DNA of 64,000 nucleotides from contig JAGHYT010000002.1 of NCBI GenBank assembly GCA_017743535.1, positions 22,736 through 86,735 of the forward strand, given 5' to 3'. The notes beneath the pieces were generated by a model, which was not told the origin of the DNA, searched no databases, and was given only the letters and a program-made list of their open reading frames with translations. A program made the translations under genes and the position numbers. Shown here one piece after another: positions 39,894 to 50,043 of the stretch. This DNA comes from Chloroflexus sp. (GTDB lineage Bacteria > Chloroflexota > Chloroflexia > Chloroflexales > Chloroflexaceae). The number at the start of each line of letters is the position of its first letter. Position 1 is the stretch's first letter.

Positions 39894-40028
39894 CTATTGT
39901 TTGTCGGAAATTGGCGTAGTGGGCAGATGGTGCTGTTGATGATAACCATCAACAAAACAGCCCCAGTCTCTTCCGAGAGCTGGGGATATAAACACTGCCC
40001 GTTCAGTGGGGTAAACTACGGCAGGCAT
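39894..40028 (-). CDS. Putative 44-aa uORF after the riboswitch
   Basis: AAGGAGGAG RBS followed by MPAVVYPTERAVFISPALGRDWGCFVDGYHQQHHLPTTPISDKQ*. Confidence 0.45.
   Translation of the reverse strand: MPAVVYPTERAVFISPALGRDWGCFVDGYHQQHHLPTTPISDKQ
39951..39985 (-). terminator. Intrinsic terminator-like hairpin in the riboswitch leader
   Basis: Minus strand CCCCAGCTCTC-GGAA-GAGACTGGGG followed by CTGTTTTGTT. Confidence 0.55.
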
Positions 40029-40065
40029 GTTCTCCTCCTTAGCTCGAGAAGGGCCGAACATCATC

Positions 40066-40195
40066 GCATCGCGGCAGGCATCCTGGCTTCCGGTATTAGA
40101 ACCGGTTACAGTTGCGGCACAGCGCTGGACTTGCACCAGCTTCCACCTTTACGCCCTGGCATCCGGGCCTACGGGTCACCGCGACGATATAAGCT
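40066..40195 (-). ncRNA. Cobalamin (AdoCbl) riboswitch
   Basis: Minus strand AAAGGTGGAAGCTGGTGCAAGTCCAGCGCTGTGCCGCAACTGTAA...GAAGCCAGGATGCCTGCC: B12-box and the conserved core; upstream of a Btu-like ABC operon. Boundaries approximate. Confidence 0.92.
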
Positions 40196-40303
40196 TGTCA
40201 ATATTGCCCACATACTAGCACAACTGACACGATTTTGCAACTGTTCCCTGTCAGCGTGTAGGGGTTTTCAACGTTGTGCGGCGACGTGCGCCTAACACCC
40301 CTC

Positions 40304-40362
40304 ACCTTCTCCCCAACCCCCTTCCGCTCCCACAAAGGGAGCGGAAGGGGGAGGGTGAGGTG
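40304..40362. repeat. Partial copy of the dispersed CCCTCACC...GTGAGG palindromic element
   Basis: CCCTCACCTTCTCCCCAACCCCCTTCCGCTCCC-ACAAA-GGGAGCGGAAGGGGGAGGGTGAGG. Confidence 0.7.
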
Positions 40363-40883
40363 GGATTGGAACCCGCTCCTGATGGCTTGTTGATGGGATA
40401 AACGACGGATTTCAGCTTCACGCCGGAGGATGCAGGCCGGAGGCCCGCGCTCCAAGGGCAATCGCGCGAGTCGGGGATCGTCTCGCGCATGGATGACATG
40501 CATCGTGCATGTCTCCCCATTCGGTTACAGCGAAGTGGCTCTCGTGATACCAAAAGATGAAGACCTTGAAAGGCCCTGGTCAGCGTGTTTTTCAGAACCG
40601 ATGGCCATTATCGGGGTAAGTCATTCTGCACACGTGTGAGACGTTCTCATTTGGAAATCGTGACAGTGAGCGATGACGGCTCATCATTGTGTTTCATTCA
40701 TCTCTGTATTTTCCGTGTCTCTGTGTTGCAGAATCCGTCGTCTCAACAACGATGTACCGCACGCAGTGTCACTACTAGGGAGAGGCACGAGATACCGTAC
40801 CTCTCCATCTCAAGGTGGGATTGCACCAGATCGATGACAAAGTGCAGCCGTATTTACCCATTCCAACGAAACGGTCTTCAACT

Positions 40884-41816
40884 CTACTCACCACCTGCAG
40901 TTCCGGTCACCGGCTCACCATCTCGTGGTCGTGTCGCCGCCGGTGTATCACCTAGCATGCCGTCGCTTGGAATGCTCAGCATGGTCAACAGGCCATTATC
41001 GCCACTTACCAAGCGCGGCAAGACACCATCCCAGCGTTCGATAAAGCGCAATTGGAGCAATTGCGGAGAAACGACTTCACCGAGCAGGCGGAGCGATTCG
41101 GCTTCAGCGCGAGCAATTTCGAGGCGAGCCTTTGCCTCAGCTTCAGCACGAGCGACTTGCTGTTGGGCCTCGATCCGCGCCCGTTCAAGCTCGCGTGCGG
41201 CCCGTAGTGCGTCTTGCTCGGCAACCTGCTTCGCTTCGATAGCACGGGCAAACTCAGGACTGAAATTGAAGTCGGTGATCGAGACACTTTCAACGATGAC
41301 CCCACGGGGTGTTAGGCGTTCACTCAAAATGTTTAGGATCAAATCTGACACTTCAGGACGACGGGTGATCAGTTCTTCAGCCGTAAAGCGTGCTGTTGCT
41401 GCTTTGAGCGCCTCCTGAATGGCGGGATCAACCACGCGGCGTTCGTAATCTACACCGATCTCGCGTACCAGTCGATCAACCTGGCTGGCGTCAGGCCGGT
41501 AGTTGATGACCACCTGGGTGGTTACGGTTTGCAGGTCACGTGAAGCTGCGCTTGAATTGGACTCATAGCGCTGGGTGCGTACTTCCACGATGGTGACGGA
41601 GGTAATAAACGGTGGGCGAAAGTGTAGACCTTCGTCGAGCACACCGGTAATTTCGCCGAATGTCTTCAGTACGCCTCTGGTACCGGCTTCAATGGTCGTC
41701 ACCGAATTACTCACAATAAAGACTGCGACCATCAACAGGATAATGATGGAGAATATTGCTGACATTGACCATCCGCTCATGGTCGGCGTAGGAAAAGATT
41801 GACGTCTTTGGTTCAT
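40884..41816 (-). CDS. Prohibitin/SPFH family protein
   Basis: TM followed by EGLHFRPPF, ASRDLQTV and FARAIEAKQVAEQ motifs. Confidence 0.92.
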   Translation of the reverse strand: MNQRRQSFPTPTMSGWSMSAIFSIIILLMVAVFIVSNSVTTIEAGTRGVLKTFGEITGVLDEGLHFRPPFITSVTIVEVRTQRYESNSSAASRDLQTVTTQVVINYRPDASQVDRLVREIGVDYERRVVDPAIQEALKAATARFTAEELITRRPEVSDLILNILSERLTPRGVIVESVSITDFNFSPEFARAIEAKQVAEQDALRAARELERARIEAQQQVARAEAEAKARLEIARAEAESLRLLGEVVSPQLLQLRFIERWDGVLPRLVSGDNGLLTMLSIPSDGMLGDTPAATRPRDGEPVTGTAGGE

Positions 41817-42127
41817 CGTTCTGCACTTTCTATTTCAACAAGTGTCTCACCCTGTACAGATAAGGAAATAAGTTCCTACATGCAGTATACCTCATAAAGC
41901 TGCTCTATCATCGGGGATGAATTCCACATGTTGCAATGGGTTTCTTCAGGTGTATCCGGTGCGGCGCTGCTCAGATCGAGTATCATGACGATGGGGAAAC
42001 ATAGTCATTGCTACAAAGACATTCTAATACATTGTTAGCAAGCTGTTGATCAGCAGCTAATACCGTGCCATCATAATAGCAAGCAGATAGAAAAGGGCTG
42101 TTTCAGTGCCCGTATCGAGGTGTACGT

Positions 42128-42349
42128 ATGACGGAAATTGGCCGCTGGTTAATTGGCGTTGGTATCCTGCTGGTTGTGATCGGGCTAGTCATGATGGCTG
42201 CCGGACGTTTGCCATGGTTGGGTCGCCTGCCTGGTGATATTCTGATCGAACGCGACAACCTGACGATTTTCATTCCGCTTGGCACCATGTTAGTCGTGAG
42301 TCTGATATTGACGATCATCGCCAACGTGATTGCCCGCTGGTGGCGATGA
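42128..42349 (+). CDS. DUF2905 family small membrane protein
   Basis: LGRLPGDI...IFIPLGTMLVVSLILT pattern. Confidence 0.85.
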   Translation: MTEIGRWLIGVGILLVVIGLVMMAAGRLPWLGRLPGDILIERDNLTIFIPLGTMLVVSLILTIIANVIARWWR

Positions 42350-42369
42350 TTGTCAGAAAGGAAGTGCGT

Positions 42370-43551
42370 ATGATCGATCGGGAAGCAGTGCAACAGCTCC
42401 GCGCAGAGTTGAGTGAATTGCAGCCACCAGTGCTGTCGCTGTACGTTGAGGTTGATCCAACCAGGCCCGAAAACGAACGGCGAGCGTGGGTTTTGCGTGC
42501 ACGTAACGCAGTAAAGGCACTCGCAGCACCGGCAGAGATTGAACAGGCGGTGCTGACAGCGCTTGAGGCTGAATTTGCGCCGGAGGCGCGCACGCTGGCG
42601 CTGTTTGCCGCAGCGCCTGCTGCCGAACGCAAGAGCACCACCGTTGCGGTAACGAGGTTACCGCTCCATATCAATTTACCTTTGGTTGATGTGCGGAACG
42701 GACGGGTTGAGGCGCGCTGGGGCGAGCCGTATATTTCGCCGCTGATCTATGCTCTCGATCAGTACGAGCACACTGCCGTTGTCTGGTTGCGTGGCGAAGG
42801 CTGGCGCTTCTTTGAAGTCTTCCTCGGCGAGATCGTTGAGCACACTGATGTGTTCCGCAGTGTTGAGTCCGATCTCTGGCAGCAATTAACACAGTTCGAT
42901 CCGCGACGGCTGCGGGAGGCATTGCGGGCCCAGGCAATGGGGAATCGCGACCGATTTGCCCGACGTATGGAGAATATTGCGGTACGTTACCTGCAACGCT
43001 TGGCTGAGTTAACCGAGCGTGCGCTTGATCATCTACGGGTGCGTCGCCTGGTATTACTCGGTCGTGAAGAGGCAACCAAACAGTTTGCCGATCTGTTGCC
43101 CCGTTCTGTTCGACAGATGATTGTGGCGCATGTTGCCGATCTGCCGCATCCCGATGCCGCACCGGCTCATGTGCTCGCGAAAGTCATGCCGGTATTAGAA
43201 CAGGTTGAACAGACCCACGAGCAATCTCTGCTCGAACAGGTTGTGCGCCAACCGGGTGTATGGGGGGTTGATCCCACGCTCAATGCGTTGCAGGAGGGTC
43301 GCTTGAGTCTGCTGATCGCTCCCTGGTATCTGGACGCTCAGGTCTGGATGACCCCTGAAGGGCTATTGGCTGCCAGTCGTGAACAGGCCGTTTTACTGGC
43401 CCCCGACAGCGATCCGCAACCGGTTGCTCTCCGTGATGTGTTGGTCGATGCCTGTGCCGCCTTTGCTACCCGGCTGGAGTTCGTGACCGGTGCTGCTCAA
43501 GAGCGGCTGATACGCGATTTTAACGGTCTGGCCGGAATCTTCCGCTGGTAA
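42370..43551 (+). CDS. Bacterial archaeo-eukaryotic release factor (baeRF/VLRF1)-like protein
   Basis: VLSLYVEVDP N-domain, PYISPL..ALDQY, RFFEVFLGEI, LVLLG, C-terminal L7ae-like TRLEFVTG...GLAGIFRW. RBS AGAAAGGA. Confidence 0.7.
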   Translation: MIDREAVQQLRAELSELQPPVLSLYVEVDPTRPENERRAWVLRARNAVKALAAPAEIEQAVLTALEAEFAPEARTLALFAAAPAAERKSTTVAVTRLPLHINLPLVDVRNGRVEARWGEPYISPLIYALDQYEHTAVVWLRGEGWRFFEVFLGEIVEHTDVFRSVESDLWQQLTQFDPRRLREALRAQAMGNRDRFARRMENIAVRYLQRLAELTERALDHLRVRRLVLLGREEATKQFADLLPRSVRQMIVAHVADLPHPDAAPAHVLAKVMPVLEQVEQTHEQSLLEQVVRQPGVWGVDPTLNALQEGRLSLLIAPWYLDAQVWMTPEGLLAASREQAVLLAPDSDPQPVALRDVLVDACAAFATRLEFVTGAAQERLIRDFNGLAGIFRW

Positions 43552-43656
43552 GTGTACCGGTATGTGCCGGTAAGACGTGATACTGGTTGTCGAGAGGTCT
43601 TCCGTGCCTCACACGGGTAACATCGCTATCTTACAACATCACGTGTGTGGGAAACT

Positions 43657-44583
43657 ATGGAATTCAAGGATTACTACGCAATCTTAGGCCTTAACCCGGA
43701 TGCTGACGAACAAGCGATTAAACAAGCCTATCGCAAGCTGGCGCGGCAGTACCATCCCGATGTCAATCCGGGTGATAAAAAGGCTGAAGAGCGCTTTAAA
43801 GAAATAAATGAGGCCTATCAGGCGCTGAGTGATCCTGAACGGCGACGCAAGTACGACGAGCTGCGCTCATACTATCAGCGCTGGCAGCGCAGCGGTGGTC
43901 GTGGTGATTTCAACTGGAGCCAGTGGCAGGCGGCGCCTGGTCAACAAGTCTATACCTACAATGTGTCGCCAGAAGATCTCGAAGACTTGTTTGGCGCCGA
44001 CAGTCCCTTCTCCGACTTCTTCAGTTCGATTTTCGGTCAACCACAATTTCGGCGGACGAGCCGAAGTGCGCGTGGACGCGATCTCGAAGTTCCGGTCACT
44101 ATCACCCTGGAAGAGGCTTTTTCGGGGACAACTCGCTCCCTTCAGGTCGGTAACCGGCGGATCGAGGCGCGCATTCCGCGTGGGGTGCAAACCGGTACCC
44201 GTGTGCGTCTGAGTGGTCAGGGCGCGCCTGGTATCGGTGGTGGACCTGATGGTGATCTCTACCTGATCGTTGAAGTGGCGCCGCATCCGCAGTTTGAACG
44301 TGATGGTGATGATCTGCGATCAGTAGTTGAAGTTGACGCCTTCACTGCTGCGGTGGGTGGTGAAGTGCGGGTACCGACGATTGATGGGACCGTGACGCTC
44401 AAGATACCACCGTTAACCCAGGCTGACCGGGTGTTCCGGCTGCGCGGTAAGGGCATGCCACGTCTCGACAATCCGTCAGAGCGGGGTGATCTCTTTGTGC
44501 GGGTGAAATTGGTCTTGCCTGAACCGCTAAGCGAGGACGAGCTAGCAACACTCCGTGATCTGGTACGTCGTCGTAGGCGTTAG
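43657..44583 (+). CDS. DnaJ-class co-chaperone (CbpA-like; J domain + C-domain, no Zn finger)
   Basis: KDYYAILG and YHPD motifs; GDLY; no CxxCxGxG repeats. Confidence 0.92.
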   Translation: MEFKDYYAILGLNPDADEQAIKQAYRKLARQYHPDVNPGDKKAEERFKEINEAYQALSDPERRRKYDELRSYYQRWQRSGGRGDFNWSQWQAAPGQQVYTYNVSPEDLEDLFGADSPFSDFFSSIFGQPQFRRTSRSARGRDLEVPVTITLEEAFSGTTRSLQVGNRRIEARIPRGVQTGTRVRLSGQGAPGIGGGPDGDLYLIVEVAPHPQFERDGDDLRSVVEVDAFTAAVGGEVRVPTIDGTVTLKIPPLTQADRVFRLRGKGMPRLDNPSERGDLFVRVKLVLPEPLSEDELATLRDLVRRRRR

Positions 44584-44612
44584 AACGTTGTATCACTAAA
44601 CAAGAGGTTTCT

Positions 44613-45812
44613 ATGGAACGTCAATCGGGACGCGGACGGTGGATCATGCTGTTACTCGAACTGGCGCTCCTGGCTATGATTGCCGGTGCGTTTGTTTGGG
44701 CTGCATTGGTTGGCAATCGTCCGACGGCTGTTGCAGTTTCACCATCGCCGACGCCGGCGATGCAGATAGCGCCAACTGTTGGGCCAACGGTGATCCCGCT
44801 GTCCGTGACCGACCTTGAGGCTCGAATTGCAGACGTGTATCGTGAAGCCGGATCGAGCGTGGTGAATATCACTAGTCGCTCGGTCAGTTATGATTTCTTC
44901 TTCAATCCGATCCCACGTCAGGGTAGCGGTTCAGGTTTTTTCTACGATACTCAAGGTCATATTGTGACGAACTATCACGTGATTGCCGATGCCGATGAAC
45001 TACAGGTTACCCTGGCCGATGGGCAGACTGTTCCCGCCCAGATTGTTGGCAGTGATCCATCAAACGATCTGGCGGTGATCAAAGTTGATCTGCCCGCCGG
45101 GTCGATCCGTCCCTTGCCAATCGGTGATTCTACCCAAGTGTACGTAGGTCAATTTGTGTTGGCAATCGGCAATCCGTTTGGTTTGGAACGCACTCTTACC
45201 TTCGGTATTGTCAGTGCGTTGGGGCGAGTCATTGAAAGCCCTAACCAACGCTTCATCGGCGAAGTTATTCAATCTGATGTCGCGATCAATCCTGGTAATT
45301 CAGGCGGCCCGTTGCTCAATCTCGCCGGACAGGTGATCGGTGTCAATTCGGCTATTCTTAGTCCGAGTGGCGCCAATGCTGGTATTGGATTTGCCATCTC
45401 GGCACGCACTGTCCAACGAGTTGTACCGGTTTTGATCCGAGACGGTCGTTATCCACATCCATCGTTAGGGGTGCGCGTGATCGAATTGACGCCGCAGCGA
45501 GCTGCTTTATTCAGACGGGCTGGTGTACAATTGCCAGACCAGGGTTTGCTAATCGCTGATTTGGTTATGAATGGGCCGGCAGCACAGGCTGGGTTACGTG
45601 GCCCTGACCGTCTGGTACGGGTAGGTAACGTCAATCTACCACTTGGGGGAGACGTGATAATCGCTATTAACGATCAGCCAATAACGACCAGCCAGGATTT
45701 AATCGTCTACCTCGAAACGCAAACCCAAGTTGGCGAGACGGTGCAGGTCAAGGTGTTGCGTGATGGTCGCGAGCAGGTGTTGCCGGTAACACTGGCCGAG
45801 TTGCAATACTAA
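44613..45812 (+). CDS. HtrA/DegP-family serine protease with PDZ domain
   Basis: GSGSGF, TNYHV, DLAVIKV and INPGNSGGPL motifs; N-terminal TM. Confidence 0.93.
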   Translation: MERQSGRGRWIMLLLELALLAMIAGAFVWAALVGNRPTAVAVSPSPTPAMQIAPTVGPTVIPLSVTDLEARIADVYREAGSSVVNITSRSVSYDFFFNPIPRQGSGSGFFYDTQGHIVTNYHVIADADELQVTLADGQTVPAQIVGSDPSNDLAVIKVDLPAGSIRPLPIGDSTQVYVGQFVLAIGNPFGLERTLTFGIVSALGRVIESPNQRFIGEVIQSDVAINPGNSGGPLLNLAGQVIGVNSAILSPSGANAGIGFAISARTVQRVVPVLIRDGRYPHPSLGVRVIELTPQRAALFRRAGVQLPDQGLLIADLVMNGPAAQAGLRGPDRLVRVGNVNLPLGGDVIIAINDQPITTSQDLIVYLETQTQVGETVQVKVLRDGREQVLPVTLAELQY

Positions 45813-45830
45813 GATAAGGAGACGCCGCCT

Positions 45831-46148
45831 ATGTTAGTGCGACGGAGGAGTTTAGAAGACCTAGCGCTGACAGTGGGTTTGCCGGTACCGGTTTTGCAGC
45901 ATCTTGTTGATCTTGGGTATATTCATCCAATCCCTGAGTTGCCGGCGGCAGAGTTTGCCGAATTGCGTTTGATCCGCCGTTTGATCGATGATTTAGGGGT
46001 ACCGTCGGATGCCGTTGATGTCATTTTGCATATGCGTCGCCGTATGCTGGCAATGCAACGCGAAATTGCCCGTCTCCGTGCGGAACTGGCTTACCGACGT
46101 GCTCTGCAACCCGATATGAACTGGGTTGATGCTGATTGGTACGAATAA
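45831..46148 (+). CDS. CbpM-like chaperone modulator (MerR-like HTH)
   Basis: LVDLGYI...IRRLIDDLGV..AVDVILHMRRRM pattern; near the CbpA-like gene. Confidence 0.7.
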   Translation: MLVRRRSLEDLALTVGLPVPVLQHLVDLGYIHPIPELPAAEFAELRLIRRLIDDLGVPSDAVDVILHMRRRMLAMQREIARLRAELAYRRALQPDMNWVDADWYE

Positions 46149-46199
46149 GTGATCGGGTTGGACAGGCTGACGTGAACATATACCGTTAGGAGGTGTATT

Positions 46200-46460
46200 A
46201 TGCCGGTCTATTCTATCGATTTTCGACCGTTCGATTATCTAACTGCCGAACTATCGGCGCTTTGGTGGTTCTATCTCTTGCAGGGTATGGCCTTGATTGC
46301 TTTAGGTGTTGCAGTGATTATCTGGCCTGAACTCTTAGCTTTTCTGGCCGCGGCTTTTTTCATCGCTATCGGTAGCGTTTTGCTGGTGCTGGGCTGGCGG
46401 GTACGACAGGTCAAACGTCGTTATGAACTCTTCAAGCGCTCGTTTATCATCGAGCTATGA
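46200..46460 (+). CDS. Small two-TM membrane protein
   Basis: RBS AGGAGG; hydrophobic hairpin. Confidence 0.7.
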   Translation: MPVYSIDFRPFDYLTAELSALWWFYLLQGMALIALGVAVIIWPELLAFLAAAFFIAIGSVLLVLGWRVRQVKRRYELFKRSFIIEL

Positions 46461-46472
46461 CAGAAAAGGATT

Positions 46473-46880
46473 TTGGCAATGAGCGACTCATCGTATATTC
46501 GCATTTTGCGTACCCGACTGCCTTACGCTCAGTTCGATACTCGACCGTGGTCGCCACCGCTCAATATCTTTGAGACCGATCGCGAGATCATTCTGGTTAT
46601 CGAGCTAGCCGGTGTTGATCCGACCACGGTGCAGATTGAAGCCTATCCCGAACGGGTGCGAATCGCCGGGGTACGGCAGCTCACGCTGCCGCCCGGCCTA
46701 CGGCGATTGCACCGAATGGAGATCGCTGCTGGGATGTTTCAGATTGAGATACCATTCGAGCATGCCGTTGATCCCGAACAGAGCAGTGCTCGTTCCTTCC
46801 ACGGTCTGCTTGAAATTCGTTTACCCCTTGCCAGACATACTCTGCGCCAGGTCGTTATTCCAGTGCTGGAGGGAGAATAA
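46473..46880 (+). CDS. Hsp20/alpha-crystallin small heat-shock protein
   Basis: PPLNIFET...ELAGVDP...HGLLEIRLP. Confidence 0.85.
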   Translation: MAMSDSSYIRILRTRLPYAQFDTRPWSPPLNIFETDREIILVIELAGVDPTTVQIEAYPERVRIAGVRQLTLPPGLRRLHRMEIAAGMFQIEIPFEHAVDPEQSSARSFHGLLEIRLPLARHTLRQVVIPVLEGE

Positions 46881-46882
46881 TC

Positions 46883-49255
46883 GTGAGCGACAGTGCCTCT
46901 CCTCAACGTTTACCAATGCCGGACATTCCGGAAGTATTGCCGGTATTACCGATAAACAATGCTGTGCTTTTCCCAGGCATGTTCTTGCCGTTAGTGGTTA
47001 GTGGTGATGCCTGGGTACGTTTAGTCGATGAAGCAGCGCTCTCAACAAAGATCATCGGCGTCTTTCGTCGGGTTCAAACTGGGGCCGAGTTTGAACCGGC
47101 AATGCTGGCTTCGACCGGTACCGCCGCGCTGATCGTGCGGATGATGCGCCTCCCGCAGGGTGGCGTTCAATTGCTGTTGCAGGGTCAGGCCCGGATTCGG
47201 GTACAGCAATGGATTACGACCAAACCGTATCCGCAGGCCCGAATCACTGTTGCTATCGACCCGGTTGATGTCTCGATTGAGACGGCTGGCTTGGCACGGG
47301 CGGCACTGGCTGGCTTTCAGCAGATCGTCGAGCAGAGTCCGAATCTACCCGATGAGCTAGCTATTGCGGCCGCGAATGCACCGCATCCTGGAATGCTGGC
47401 CGATTTGATCGCTGCCAATCTCAATTTGAGTCTTGATGACCAGCAGACGGTGCTTGATACCTTCGATGTCGCCGAGCGACTGCAACTGGTCTTGCGTTTC
47501 CTCGAACGCGAACGAGAGATTCTACTCATCGGTCGTAAAGCTCAGGAAGAGGTCTCGAAGAATCAGCGTGAATATGTATTACGCCAACAACTCGAAGCGA
47601 TTAAGCGTGAATTGGGCGAGACCGATGATCACGCTGCTGAGATCGCTGAGTTGCGGCGTCGGATTGAAGAGGCCAATCTTCCGGCTGAGGCGCGTCAGGA
47701 AGCCGAGCGTGAATTGTCGCGTCTGGAACGGATGCCACCCGGTGCGGCTGAATATACGGTCGCACGGACGTATCTCGATTGGTTACTCGATTTGCCGTGG
47801 CACACCAGCACTGAAGACAATCTTGATATTGTCCAGGCTCGACAGATACTTGATGAGGACCATTTCGATCTTGAGCGCATCAAAGAGCGCATTGTCGAAT
47901 ATCTGGCGGTGCGTAAGCTTCGCCAGGAAGAAGGGCAAGGCGGCGAAGCCCGTGGTCCGATTTTATGCTTCGTTGGGCCGCCCGGTGTTGGGAAGACGAG
48001 CCTCGGCGCCTCGATTGCCCGTGCGCTCGGTCGTAAGTTCGTGCGGGTTGCCCTTGGCGGTGTACGCGATGAGGCCGAAATTCGCGGCCATCGACGAACC
48101 TACATCGGTGCGTTACCCGGTCGTATCATCCAAGGCTTGAGTCGCGCTGGGAGCAACAATCCGGTTTTGCTGCTTGATGAGGTTGACAAGCTTAGTATTG
48201 GCTTCCAGGGCGATCCGGCAGCGGCATTGCTCGAAGTGCTTGATCCTGAGCAAAATGTCGCTTTTGTTGATCGCTATCTCGACGTTCCGTTTGATTTGAG
48301 CAAAGTGCTCTTCGTTTGTACGGCAAACCGGGCCGATACCATCCCGCCTGCGCTGCTTGATCGGATGGAATTACTCGATCTGGCTGGTTATACCGAGCAA
48401 GAGAAGACCGAGATTGCCCGCCGTTACCTAATTCCGCGTCAACGGAAGGAACAGGGCATGGTTGATCGGGGACCGGTATTGACCGATGCCGCTTTACAAC
48501 GTCTGATTCGTGAATATACCCACGAGGCAGGCGTGCGTGATTTGGAACGCCGGATTGGGGCTATTTATCGAAAAATGGCAACTCGACTGGCTAGCGGCCA
48601 AGATTTGCCAACTCAGATTGATGCCTCCGATCTCGATGAACTGCTGGGTCCACCGCGCTTCCGCAGCGAATCCATCCTCGGCGAAAATGAGGTCGGCGTA
48701 GTTACCGGTCTGGCCTGGACACCCACCGGCGGTGATGTGCTCTTTGTTGAAGTGAGCGTGATTCCGGGCAATGGGCAATTGATCCTTACCGGTCAATTGG
48801 GCGATGTGATGAAGGAATCGGCACGGGCGGCGGTAACTTACGCTCGTTCGCGGGCTCACGAATTGGGGATTGACCCAGAAATCTTTCAGAAGCGTGATAT
48901 TCACATTCACGTTCCTGCTGGAGCTGTACCGAAAGATGGGCCTTCAGCCGGAATTACGATGGCGAGTGCGCTGATTTCGGCTCTGACCGGGCGTGAAGTT
49001 GATAAACGGATCGCAATGACCGGTGAAGTAACGCTTCGTGGTAAGATCTTACCCATCGGTGGGGTGAAAGAGAAGCTGCTAGCGGCTCAGCGGGCCGGAG
49101 TGCGGAAGGTACTGTTACCGAAAGAGAATGAAATCGATCTCCGCGAAGTTCCTGCTGAGGCCAAAGAGCAACTAGAGATTGTGCTGGTGAAGCACATGGA
49201 CGAGGTTCTGCGCGAGTTAGGTCTGGTTGTTGCACCGCAAGAAGTGAGTGAGTAA
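46883..49255 (+). CDS. lon: ATP-dependent Lon protease
   Basis: GPPGVGKTS Walker A, LLDEVDK Walker B, PKDGPSAG catalytic Ser. Confidence 0.97.
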   Translation: MSDSASPQRLPMPDIPEVLPVLPINNAVLFPGMFLPLVVSGDAWVRLVDEAALSTKIIGVFRRVQTGAEFEPAMLASTGTAALIVRMMRLPQGGVQLLLQGQARIRVQQWITTKPYPQARITVAIDPVDVSIETAGLARAALAGFQQIVEQSPNLPDELAIAAANAPHPGMLADLIAANLNLSLDDQQTVLDTFDVAERLQLVLRFLEREREILLIGRKAQEEVSKNQREYVLRQQLEAIKRELGETDDHAAEIAELRRRIEEANLPAEARQEAERELSRLERMPPGAAEYTVARTYLDWLLDLPWHTSTEDNLDIVQARQILDEDHFDLERIKERIVEYLAVRKLRQEEGQGGEARGPILCFVGPPGVGKTSLGASIARALGRKFVRVALGGVRDEAEIRGHRRTYIGALPGRIIQGLSRAGSNNPVLLLDEVDKLSIGFQGDPAAALLEVLDPEQNVAFVDRYLDVPFDLSKVLFVCTANRADTIPPALLDRMELLDLAGYTEQEKTEIARRYLIPRQRKEQGMVDRGPVLTDAALQRLIREYTHEAGVRDLERRIGAIYRKMATRLASGQDLPTQIDASDLDELLGPPRFRSESILGENEVGVVTGLAWTPTGGDVLFVEVSVIPGNGQLILTGQLGDVMKESARAAVTYARSRAHELGIDPEIFQKRDIHIHVPAGAVPKDGPSAGITMASALISALTGREVDKRIAMTGEVTLRGKILPIGGVKEKLLAAQRAGVRKVLLPKENEIDLREVPAEAKEQLEIVLVKHMDEVLRELGLVVAPQEVSE

Positions 49256-49257
49256 TC

Positions 49258-50043
49258 ATGCATCAGCAATGGCTCGTATTGAGCATCTTGATCTGGCTGA
49301 TCGGCTGTACGGCGGCGGCGCCGGTACCGCCGCCACCTACCATTCCGCGCCTCCCAACGGTGACTCCTGAACCCCTCCTTAAAGTTACTCCTACCTCAAG
49401 GATTATACGACTGGCCGAAAACCCAATCCCTGCCTTTACCCCAACCTCACGACCAACAGCAGTTCTTTCGACAGCGGGGGTCATCACTGCTGCGATGGCG
49501 CAGCTCGGTTTGAGCGCCGAACCCTATGCGATACTTGGCGATCCTGATGCACTGATCACCATCGTTGAGTTTACGGATTTTGGTTGCTCCTTTTGCCGTC
49601 GCCATCACCAGTTTACCTTTCGGCAATTGGTTGACGAATTTGTTGAAAGGGGACAGGTGTTCTACGTAGTTAAACAGTTCCCGATAACCAGTCCGCAAGG
49701 AGAACTGGCAGCGCTAGCCGCGATCTGTGCTGGTGAACAGGGTACTTACTGGGCGATGCACAATGCACTCTTTGCCGCGGGTGATGTCTGGGATAGTGAT
49801 GCCAGCACCGCACATCGTCAAATAATGACCATCGCGGCTGATCTTGGTCTTGATCGAGCGGAATTGCAAGCCTGTATCGAGCGTCCCTCAACGCAGGACG
49901 TTATTGCGCGCCACGTAAGCGAGGCGCACGCACTGCACATCTTCGGTACACCGGTCTTCTTCGTCAATAACCAACTGCTTTCCGGCGCCCAGCCGATTGA
50001 GCGCTGGCGCGAATTATTGCAGTTTATCGCCGAGGCGGAATGA
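49258..50043 (+). CDS. DsbA-family thioredoxin-fold lipoprotein
   Basis: Lipobox LIGC; EFTDFGCSFC; GTPVFFVN. Confidence 0.88.
   Translation: MHQQWLVLSILIWLIGCTAAAPVPPPPTIPRLPTVTPEPLLKVTPTSRIIRLAENPIPAFTPTSRPTAVLSTAGVITAAMAQLGLSAEPYAILGDPDALITIVEFTDFGCSFCRRHHQFTFRQLVDEFVERGQVFYVVKQFPITSPQGELAALAAICAGEQGTYWAMHNALFAAGDVWDSDASTAHRQIMTIAADLGLDRAELQACIERPSTQDVIARHVSEAHALHIFGTPVFFVNNQLLSGAQPIERWRELLQFIAEAE

Noticed and set aside
42035-42060. CIRCE (HrcA) operator upstream of the chaperone cluster
   Set aside because: TTAGC-N16-GCTAA is one base short of CIRCE spacing and the inner ACTC/GAGT bases do not match.
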